A stretch of 64,000 nucleotides of DNA, taken from positions 11,036,001 through 11,100,000 of the forward strand of contig JAWMAR010000034.1 in NCBI GenBank assembly GCA_036785375.1. Direction: 5' to 3'. The notes beneath the pieces are model-generated. The model was not told the origin of the DNA and searched no databases. It saw only the letters and a program-made list of their open reading frames with translations. A program made the translations under genes and the position numbers. Numbering within the stretch: position 1 is the first letter of the stretch; the number at the start of each line of letters is the position of its first letter. The DNA comes from Leucoraja ocellata. Lineage: Eukaryota. Positions 49,817-61,800 of the stretch are shown in pieces.

Positions 49817-52800
49817 GTGAATTACTCGCTGCTGAGCATCGCAAGCATTGCTAACGCACTGAAAGGAGTTCACTGAAGGGATCACCTCACGTCTTCCGGT
49901 ACAAGTTCAACCCCTCTGCTTGTGCGGATTTGTTTGGATAGGACGGTTGTGTAGGGGTTGTTTAGGAGATCCAGCATTCGCTAGACACGAGGATTTGCTG
50001 CTGTCCTCCCGCACCACGCTTCCTCGGCCTTTGTGCGGCATGCTTGCTGCCTCCCTTCTGTGGATGGGGAACTTGCCACGTATAGGCTTCACTCGTGGAA
50101 CGGCTCCACACTTGCGGATTCTGGAATACTGTTTTATTCTTGCAAAATAAGTGCACCATATTGCTACAAAGGGAGCTGTAACATGTGTGTAACCGATTTC
50201 GTGAGTAGGTCAGGTCCAAAGTCAAAGGGGTGGGATCACCACCTGGACGTTTGTCAAGAGAATCGCTGTCAACGCTAAACCTCAAATAAAACCAGTAAAT
50301 GGCGACAATGTCCCTGGACACACCAATCCCATGCTGCAGGGTGACGATTCAATGGCACCCAGTTTACAGTCCACAGAAGCTTATTATATATTTGGTGAAA
50401 ATGCAGTTTTGCATTTGTACAGTGGAGGCACCAGAGACTGCAGATGCTGGAATTTTGAGCAAAGCACAAAGTACTGGATAGTGGGTCAGGCAGCACCTGT
50501 GGAGTGAATGGCTGGCAGATGCTGCCTGATCAGCTGAGTTCCCTCAGCACTTTGTGTTTTGCTAGCAGCTTATCAAGTTTTTGTTCGAAAGGGAATTTTC
50601 CATTTCCATTTGGCATTTGCACCTTACAAGAGCTCAAGATGACTTTGCAGCCGAGTAATATGATTGAAGTGCAGATAATGTTGCAGGTTAGGATGGACCC
50701 GTGCAAATTCCAGTGCCTTTACCTTGTTTGTTATTGGTGTGCAACATCTTTATAGGTTCTGCTCAAGTTAGTGGGCAAAATACACAATGCTGGGTGGCAG
50801 TGTGAGCTGCGAGGAGGATGTTATGAGGCTGCACAGGGTGACTTGGACAGGTTGGGTGAGTGGGCAGATGCAGTATAATGTGGATAAATGTGAGGTTATC
50901 CACTTTGGTGGCAAGAACAAGAAGGCAGATTACTATCTGAATGGTTAAGAAAGAACTGCAGATGCTGGAAAAATCGAAGGTAGACAAAAATGCTGGAGAA
51001 ACTCAGCAGGTGAGGCAGCATCTATGGAGCGAAGGAATAGGTGACATTTCGGATCGAGACCCTTCTTCAGACTGATGTGGGGGTGGGGGGGGGGGGGGGG
51101 GGGGAGAAGAAAGAAAGAGGCGGAGACAGTGGGCTGTGGGAGAGCTGGGAAGGGGAGGGGAAAGAGGGAGAAAGCACGAACTACCCGAAATTGGAGAAGT
51201 CAATGGTCATACTGCTGGGGTGTAAACTACCCAAGCGAAATATGAGGTGCTGCTCCTCCAATTTGCGGTGGGACTCACTCTGACCATGGAGGAGGCCCAG
51301 GACAGAAAGGTCAGATTCAGAATGGGAGGGGGAGTTGAAGTGCTGAGCCACCGGGAGATCAGGTTGGTTAATGCGAACTGAGCGGAGGTGTTGGGCGAAG
51401 CGATCGGCAAGCCTGCGCTTGGGCTCACCAATGTAGTTGACACCAAGAACAATGGATGCAATAGATGAGGTTGGAGGAGGTGAAGGTGAACCTCTGCCTC
51501 ACCTGGAAAGACTCGCTGTGAGAAATAACATTTTTTTTAGAAAATATAAGGCATAGCAATGCTGTAGGTCGAGATGGTGGAAATATCTTGTTGGCTTTGT
51601 ACATGTGGGCAAATAGCTGTTTGAAAATTGTCATGGTCTAGAATGTCAAAGTAATGTGATTCAATTTCTCAGTCATTCCTTATTCTAATGTAAGGTTGTA
51701 ACTGTGGCATACTGTCAAGAATTGTATCACATTGTCACACACTGGTTCGAGGGTTAAAGTGGTAAGTGAGAGTTTTAGTTAAGCTCTTAGGATGTCTAAG
51801 TTAATAAACTGTATGCACTTTGGGTCTCGTCCCTGAAGTCGTTATATATGGAAATGTCAGATCCAATATACCATACCATTCAACCTCAAAATCAATTTTG
51901 TAACCTCTCAAATTTAACAGCACTTGCATCACACTTAATTGTTCTGTTAGCTTCTCGTATTAAAAGCCTATACTTCATCATTAAAGCACTAGAATTAAAT
52001 ACAATATGTCATTCCTTTTGAAAGAACATCAACATTTAACTGCCAAAATCTTTTAAGACCTATTGCATTTTGTGAGATGATTGGTGTAAGAACCAACTCT
52101 CCATATGCCCAAGAAATGACTATCTGTGCTGAACCATGTGTTTTCAGAAACTCCCTGAAACAGAAAATTATAAACAGAGCCAATTTATGGCTACATTATT
52201 GTGAATGTATAATGTTGCAAATAACCTTGAAAAGTAACAATATGTTGGGGTCTTGAGGCCACTAAGATTGGTAACGATGAAACCTAACCGGCTAGAAATA
52301 AAAATTAGGAAGAGTACCAAATGTTTTAAGTCGGTAAAGTGAAGATAGAATTTGGCTTGGACAATAAATCTAAAGTAGTGAATATGCGAGTATACACTGA
52401 ATATTGGAATGGAACGAGAGAATGCTGTAATAGGATAAGTGGGACAGATATTGATCAGGAAAGATCCTGTGGACATTTTGCAGATTTATAAACTCTCACT
52501 ATGTGGTTTACCTGGAATAAAAATACACTTTGGGGACAGAGTAGGCCTCGGAACCGACCAGACAAATATGTACAGATGGTTTGATCCCCAAAAAAAAGGA
52601 AGTGCTCGAAATCTTTGGGGAAATGGGGTTTGGGAATGGGAACTTCCATTTCCAGTGTGGGTTTCATGCTCACAGGATATTCCACCTTGTCTTTAGTCCT
52701 AAAGTAATGTAGAAGCTGCAACAACAGTTTATATCCAGCAAAGATAGAAACAAAATGCTGGAGTAACTCAGAAGGTCAGGCAGCAACTCTGGATAAAAAG

Positions 52801-55800
52801 TGAAGTTTTGGGTGGAGACCATCCAGCAAACTCCCACAATGAACAATGTGATAATAACTGGGATAATATGATCCCATCACTGTTAGTAGTTGAAGATAAA
52901 TATTGGCAAGGAAGTTAATTAAATAGAATAATCCCCGTGCTCTGCAAACAACACCATTAAAACAGATTAATCTTTGCTATTTGTAGGTGTTTGCTGCGAG
53001 TGTTATTTGTTGGATTTACTGACATTTCAAAATGTACTTGGTCTGCTCTAAATCCCTTTAATTATGAAAGATGTTGCATAAAATGAAGATTTTCATGAAA
53101 TATGAAATTCTCATTTCCTGCATAACTTTTTTGGCAGTCACAGGTCCAAGAGATCAAGGGTGACTTATTTCTACTCTCGTTTTGAGATGGCTATTGTTAG
53201 CCTACCTAAAAGGAAGCACACCAGGGAATGAGACCAGTGGTGCAGCTTGTGGAGTCACTGCCTCAGTGACACAGTACCTTGGATGCTGTCCATATGGAGT
53301 GTGCACACTCTGCTGTGACTGCATGGGTTTTCCTGGGTGCTTTGTTTTCCTCCCAAGTCTCAAAGCCAAGAGTCAAGAATGTTTAATTGTTATACATACT
53401 TAAACGTAGTAATGACATTCTTACTCGCAGCAGCAGAACAGGTTAGTAAACACAGTACTCAATAAATAATATATTAAACACAAAAATAAGTTGAATACAG
53501 TGCCCTTCATAATGTTTGGGACAAAGAACCATCATTTATTTATTTGCCTCTGTACTCCACAATTTGAGATGACTTAAGGGCCTGGTCCACTTGGCCGTCA
53601 TTCGCGCGTCAAGCACATGGCGTGCAAAGATCCTGCGATTCCACGTGCGGCCGCGCATCACTGCCTATGTCATCACGCACCATGCACGCGTAATGCATGT
53701 CATGATTGTCATGATGCGAGCGTCGTGCGTCATGACACGTAAATTACACGCAAATGACAACCAAGAGGGACAGGCCCCTGAAGGATGTTTGGCCAATTTT
53801 GTCTCTGGAGTGTCATTGCTGTTGAATTCAATTACTTCTCATTAGTTCAAAGTTTAGCTCCACTCCCATGGGTAGTTTGTTGAAGGTGTGAAGCTACATT
53901 GCAGGAAGAAAGATTTTCCTCAATGATGCAGCCTTGCTTGATTCTGGTCTTCACCAAGAATGGTTCCATTGTAGACACAGTGATTAATATTGCTGCTTCC
54001 ACACATACTATAGTCTTCCTACTAGTGAGCGGGATTCACATGACATCTGGGTTGCTGTGTCTGTCTTTTTTTCAGAATGAAGCAACTGGCCTGTATTCCC
54101 ATTTGGAGGGAATCCCAAAGGCTTTGTTACCCGGAGTTGGTGGAAAAAAGATATTGGACTTCTGGTGGGAAGTTGTGAATGTGTGAGTACATTGTTATTA
54201 TTGTTCCTACTTCTACCAATAAGAGCTGCATTTTTGTTAATTTTTCAAATTTGTATTTTGTCTGAATAAATTGCTTGGGATAAATCTGTGACCACTAGAT
54301 GTGCACCAAGATGATGTAAACTGTTCTCATTAAAGCATTACATTTCAAAATAAATAGGCTTACGTGGCTACCTAAACCAATACATTGTTTGATATCAGGG
54401 CAATCTGCAAGTTTTTATTGGTCAATGTGACAAGGACAAGGGCCATAGAGTTAAAATATTGAGCAATAGGTATAAATGGGAATGAGAAGAAAAATAATAT
54501 TTAGTGAGTTGCTGGTGAATACTGAATCAATCAATTCCTTAAAAAGGAAAGGCACTTGAGAAAGTATAATTTCCTGGACTACAAGATTTACAGAGCACTG
54601 ACATGAGCCAGTGTAATTTCGATGGACTGCAAGGTGTCATAGTAATCCTATGATTTGGTTTGCAGTGATGTTCAACTGGCTGCAGCCACACTGCCGTGGC
54701 TGACTGGTCATCTCTTCACCTCTGACGTCAGATGTTTGTGTTTTTTGACTACTTGCTAGAGACCTGAGTGTATAATCAAGAGGGGGGGGGGGGGGGGTCT
54801 ATAACAGGACAGGGGAAATACTGCGCTCTCAAGATTCCAATTGTCAGATGAAATATCTTCAAAAAAGGTTTCAGAGGGAAATCCCATGGAATTGTTTTGG
54901 AGAAGAACGTTCCCTGATGCCATAAGCCCTAGTTATCATCAAATTATGTATACTATATTTTTGTGATCATAATCATAATCATACTTTATTAGCCAATTAT
55001 GTTTTGTAACATACGAGGAATTTGATTTGCCATACAGTCATATCAACAGAACACACAAAATACATTTTAACATAAACATCCACCACAGTGCCTCCTCCAC
55101 ATTCTTCACTGTGATGGAAGGCGAAAAAAAGTTCAATCTCTTCCCTTCTTTGTTCTACCGTGGTCGGGGCCTTCGAGCCTTCTGTTGACGAGACGATCTT
55201 GGCTCCCGTAGCCAGCGGTGTTTGGGCCCTCAAGTCGGGATGATTAAGCTCCTACATCGGTGGAATCTCAGCCCCCCCGTGCCGGGCGATCTAACCCCGG
55301 GTCGGGGATAGTTAAAACCTTCTACGTCATTCAGAGCTCCCAACATCGGTCTCTACCCGAGCTCTACCCGAGCTCCTCGATGGTGAAATCCGCAGACCGC
55401 AGTTGGAGCGTTGATCCCAGGCAAGGGGTTGGCGCCGATGGTAAGTCCACGATCCCGCGGTGGGGCTCGAAGTCAGTCCGAGGAGGCCTCCAGCTCTATG
55501 ATGTTAGGCCGCAGAGCGACCGGAGATACAATCCAGAAAACAATCGCATCTCCGGCAAGGCAAGAGATTGGAAAAACAAGTTTCCCACGACCCCACCGCC
55601 CACATAAAATAAATCATCAACACATACTTTTAAAACACACTCAAAATAACAAAAAAAAGATGAAAAGGCTGCCATCACTGACGGATCTTTGTATGTAAAA
55701 GCAAGATGCAATGTTTCCCACTCTGTAAAAACCATGTCAAACATTTTGATGTTCAAGGTTGAAACATTTTAAAGCAAATTATTTCTTTCTGTCTGACATT

Positions 55801-58800
55801 GGTTTTACTTTGAATAAAGAATACATTTTGACTGTTCTGTTTGTAGGCGTCACCTCTTCAATGAAGTCTACCTTATCACAAACGCCGACAAGTGAGTGCA
55901 TCCGTTTTCTCCTTTAGCATAAATCAAGCAAATGAAAGTGAAATATTGTTGATAGTGTCAATGTTGTTAGACAGAAGGGTAAATGGGTTTGGCAAAGAGC
56001 AGAATCAGTCAAAAGGGGGGTTAGAAATGGAAAATGCTTTCTCTTGTCCCCTCTCACCATGAACACCAGCTTGAGAGCATGTACCACCATATTTAGGAAC
56101 AGCTTCTTCCCCTTGTGTTCAGAGTCTTGAACAGATCTCTCATAAGCTAAAGATGAATTTCTAATATTCCAATCTATTTTGTTGCAGCCATAGCAGTTTT
56201 TTAATCTGCACTTTCACTCTAGCTGTAACACTATATTCTGCAGGATGTACAGAATCTCCTCTTCTGCACGACCTGTTACACTCATGTACGGTATAATTTG
56301 TCCAAATAATACGCAAAACAAAGTTTCCCACTATATCTTGGTACACATAACAATAATAAACCAATATCAACAGCAAACCAATACCAAGACAAATATGTGT
56401 AGAATAATAGACACATAGGTGAGTTACAAACTAAACTCTAATTAAGGCAGTGGATGTATTTAATATGGTATAACCGGAATCACATAGGTTTTAAGCAGGT
56501 TAACTAGGATGGAAGACTTACTCTTCTGCAATATCACATGTGTAATGCAGCTGAAATATGTACCTTCAACAACTTTGGAATTAATTGTGGTCTTTTCACC
56601 TTCAGGTACAAATACTATGAACGATGGGCAACTGCCAATGACTTCCCAGCAGAAAACATTATTAACGATGGTTCGACCACCAGTGATACACAGATAGGTG
56701 CTGTAGCTGACTTAGAGCTGGTGGCCAGGAGCAAGAGGTTCAGTGACGACGTCATGGTGGTATGTCTTGTCTAGTTGATATGTAGTTGAGGATGTGCATG
56801 CATCCTTGTAACACTGTCTCATTGTGAACTATCTATTTCCAGATTGCTGGGGATATGCTGTGTGAAGATCTGAACTTTGATATTGCTGAAGTCCTCAAGT
56901 TCTTCAAATTTAAGGTCAGGTGGGACTTCCAGTTCCCTTTTTTTAAACCTTGTTTAATTGATCCATAACATCCTATTGGCATAACTACAAGAATCATAGG
57001 GATCTATGGAAATTTAGTAAGGTACCTGCAAGCTCCATAATTACAGAGAAAACAATCGAAGTTTGTCCATCCTCTCCATTTAGCTAATGCCTTGCAATCC
57101 AGGCGTCATTCTGGTAAACCTTCTCTGTATCCTTTCCAAAGCCTCCGCATTGTTCCTGCAATGGGGTGACCAGAACGGCACACCATATTCCAAATGCTAG
57201 TAAGCTGCATCATGACTTCCTCTCCTAAACTGAATGCCTAAACCTATCCAGTGAGCTACTTTCTCATAAAGTCAGATGCCAACCATTCTTACACTAATAC
57301 TACATTAACCCTCCTCACATAACAATTTCCCCCAAGATTCCATTATTTATTTGTACACGGCGTGCAATTCGGGGAATAAAACTGGAATACTCAGTGAAAA
57401 CCCATGAAGTCCAAGACAGAATGCACAAACTCCAGACAGCAAAGGAGGGAAGAAATGAACCTCGGTCACGAGCTGGGAGGCCACAGCTGTGGTACCCCTT
57501 AGTTCTGTATATTTGCCGCTGAGTTTCTTCAGCGTTATTGGTGCGAACAGTCTGTTCGAATTGGCAGAAATACTTCACCATCAGTAGCAATTAGTACAGG
57601 AGCACCTCAAGGCTGCGTGCTCAGCCCCCTGCTCTACTCAGTCTATAATCATGACTGTGTAACCGGACATAGTGCGAACTACATCTTCAAGTTCGCTGTC
57701 GACACCACTGATGTGGGACGAATTACAGATGGTGATGAGTGAGAGTATAGAAGTGAGATCGACCAACTTACCAAATGGTGCCAACACAACAACCAGGCTC
57801 TCAATATCTGTAAAACCAAAGAACTGATTGTGGACTTTGGAAGAGGAAGGTTGAGGACCCACAATCCTGTTTATATCAATGGGACGATCGTGGAGAGAAT
57901 CAAAAACTTCAAATTCCTGGCCGTGCATATTTCCGACGATCTTTCCTGGACCTAGCACACTGATGCAATTATAAAGAAAGTACATCAGCGCCTCTACCTC
58001 CTGAGAAGATTACGGAAATTCGGTATGTTAAAGAGGATACTCTTTAAGTAGCGAGTGCACAGTAGCGAGCATTCTGACTGGTTGCATCATGGCCTGGTGA
58101 GGCAACTTGAACGTCCAGGAGCGGAAAAGACTTCAAAAAGTTGTAAACACTGCCCAGTACATCACCGGCTCTGACCTCCCCACCATCGAAGGGATTTATC
58201 GGAGTCGCTGCCTCAAAAAGTCAGCTAACATCATCAGTGACCCACACCACCCTGGCCACACACTCATTTCACCACTGCCATCAGGAAGAAGGTACAGGAG
58301 CCTGAGAACTGTAACGTCCAGGTTTAGGAACAGCCTCTTCCCTACAGCCATCAGGCTATTAAACACTACAACCTCATAAGCTCTGAACTACAATAGGCAT
58401 TATTATTATTGCACTGTTATTGTTTGTTTTTTAAGTATGTGTGTATGTGTATATATATGTATATATATAAACATATGTGAGTATATGTGTATATTTTTTT
58501 CTCTCGTTTATTATATTATTCATTATGAATACATATTCTGTTGTGCTGCAGCAGGTAAGAATTTCATTGTTCTATCTGGGACATATAACAATAAAACACT
58601 CTTGACTATTGACATTTGCAATGAATTGGCAAGTATCCCATTGCGCTGTTGGCAAGCCTTGCTAATGATGCAAGGGCTTAAGGTGGTCACAACAATTGCA
58701 ACTAACCATTATGATCTGCCTTTTATGATGACTATGCTTCTGTTGTTTGACAGATGGGTGAGCTGGCGATTTACTATGAGATGGAAGAAGGAGAGAAGAC

Positions 58801-61800
58801 TGAATCTCGGGGAATAGTTGAGGTGTGTCCCCATACACACAGGTAGGTTCCTGATTGGAAAGACCGAGTGTTTGTTGTATTTATTTTCTACATGGGGATT
58901 GAATCATATCATCATGGAAGAGTTCATAATCATGCATTCCAAAGTCATGCCTTTGCTTGTGCTTTGGAAGACAAAGAAGGAAAATTGGTTCAGGTAATGG
59001 CTTAAAGCATTTGTTGTCTTCCAAAATATTTATCCAGTTAAGGGGTCAATGTGGGAAAGTGGAACTGAGGTAAAAGATTTTGTTGGGAAGCAGAAAAGGC
59101 CCATGGGTCGGTGGTTAATTCCTCCTTCTGCTTATGTACAGACCTGCCAGCCCAGGGAGTCCTCCCTTACTAAAAATACTTATGATTCTGTGCTTTCAGA
59201 ATCTCTAAGTTTTATGAGAAACCCTGTGCAGGTGCCACAGACTCGAGGCTTGCGAGTGTTGTCTTTTACTGTTTCCAGAGAAAGACGCTACCAACTCTTG
59301 GGAAGTATTTGAGCCAGTATCCACAGGTGAACGATCGAGGTCTTGGGAAGTACATGGTGAGAAAATCTTCCTACTTTTAAACTTTAAGTTTGTCAGTGCA
59401 AGAAGGATTGTGCATGCAACAAGGGAATAGTTTTATGAAAACTCAGTATTTTAAGTGTCGGATGTGGATGACACAAAACTCTTTGTGGAGAGGACAGAAA
59501 CCAAATAATGCTCAGATGTTAGCTATGATGGGAAATCAGTCCATTAAACCTCTGCAAGCATTTATCGAAGTACCAAACTGTTTTCTTATTATTTGATGAT
59601 TTCTACTTCAGGAATGGCTCATCAATGAGGCCAACATCCCAGTGTTTGGAATGAAGTTGCCTACTGGATTCCAGCTCATTGGCCAAGTGGTAAGACTGGA
59701 TATCAACATCTATTTGGCAGTTAAAATTGCAATTAAAATGTAGACTGCTGCCACTTATAGTTACATGGTACAATGTAGTTAATCCTACAGTTTCCCCATG
59801 GCATTGCCTGTGGAAATAGACTCTTTAGGAATATAGAATTAAATTGAAGAAAATTAATGGCAATTCAGCCTGGTCAATAACCAAACATGCCATATTCCAG
59901 TGTCCATTACTTCAAAGGCAGAAAGTAATGTGCTGATGCCATGTTTAGTTGACGTGCAGCTAGACAGTCTGATTGTAATGAATGATACAAAAGAGAAGGG
60001 AAGGGAATTTAGGACTGAATAATCCTATACATTAGTAATCCCTGCATTTGAAAAATCTTTTTTTAATCATCTAATCTCCTTTTCATCTCTGTAATCACCT
60101 TGAGCTCAACATCCAAATGAAAACTCTATCTTTGAATTCCTTTGCCTTAAATTGCCAGTTGTGCTTTCAACAGCCTAGATACCTACATGTTGGAGTTTGC
60201 TCCCTGAAGCTCTCTGCCATTATTTGCCGGTTTGAACATTTTTCTTGAAAGCTTCAGGGCGGCGCAGTGGTAGAGCTGCTGCCTCACAGTGCATAGACCC
60301 GAGTTCAATCCTGACCTTGGCCGCTGTCTGTGTGGAGTTTGCACATTCTCTCTGTAACCATATGGGTTTCCTCTGGGTGCTCTGGTTTTCTACCACATCC
60401 CCAAAATACGTAATGATTTGTAGATTAATTGGCTTTGGTAACTTGCACCTAGTGTGTAGGGAATAGATGCGAACTGGAGATGGATGTTGGTGAGGATTCA
60501 ATCTGTTTCAATCAATTCTTGGCTCCTTGAAATAGCTTTTAGCCAGCCGACCTAATATCCACGTAGCTAGATGTTAAATGTTGTCAGATGTTAGATGTCA
60601 GTTGTCTAGATGTTAGATGTTAAATAAGCTATATTTAAGAGGGAGTTAGATGTGGCCCTTGTGGCTAAAGGGATCAGGGGGTATGGAGAGAAGGCAGGGA
60701 TGGGATACTGAGTTGGATAATCAGCCATGATCATATCGAATGGCGGTGCAGGCTCGAAGGGCCGAATGGCCTACTCCTGCACCTATTTTCTATGTTTCTA
60801 TGTCTTACAATTTTTTCTTATCCAGTACACATCAGTATATTATGCTAAACTGTTGCTGCCCTAGATTTATGACAATTCTTGGTGTGCAAGTCTGAGGCAG
60901 AGATTTGAAACAATTGCCTTATGTTACCAAGTTCTTTCGAAACAACAACAAAATGTTCTGCAGTCAGAGACATGCTCATCCAAGTGTTGATTTAAACACA
61001 TTGAATCCTGCGCATGTTTAGCATATTCCAATGTAAGGTTCTAAATATGTCTTGCTCCCCGATTTTCTTGAGAGCCGAGATTCCTTAAAGTTTGCTAAAT
61101 TCACCTCCATAGGAGACCTGTTGGTTTTCCCTGATGTGGAGGAGGAAGACACAATGTAGGGGAGTGGCAGCTAAAATTCTCAATCATTCATCCAGAGACA
61201 TGTTTAAATATTTCTTTAAAGTTTATATATATTTATTTGGGATTAGCTTTCACAGAGGCCAGCATTTATTAGCACCTCTAATTTATCTTGAGAAGATTAT
61301 GAGTCATCTTCTTGAACCATTGCAGTCCTTCCAGTGAAAGTACTCCTATGATTACTTTTGGGGAGGGTGTTTCAGGATTTAGATGATGATTGAGTGGTGA
61401 TATATGTCCAAGTCAGGATGGTGTGTCTTAGCTGTGAACATATGCGTGGTACTTCTGTTCCACAAAGCCATTCTCCGTTAAGGTTGCATGTTTGGGACAT
61501 GATGTTTGAGTGTCCCAGATGAATAAACCTACTGTAGTTTGTAGATAGTGAAGAATATATCCATCGTGCCATAATGGTGCAAGGAATGTACGTTTGGGTC
61601 GGTGGTTGGAGTGTAAGTCAAGAAGGTTACTTTGTAATCAAATTGACTAAACATTAGTTTCTGCGACTGAGCTATGTTCACATTTATTTTCCATATGACA
61701 GTGGTGTAGCAGGTAGAGCTGCTGCTCCATAACTGCGGCAAATCACATTCAATCCTATCTGAGTGGAGTTTGCACATTCTCCATCTAATTGCATGCGTTT

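Noticed and set aside
60257-60320. tRNA gene
   Set aside because: The tRNA-like head runs into the V-SINE core and does not form a full cloverleaf.
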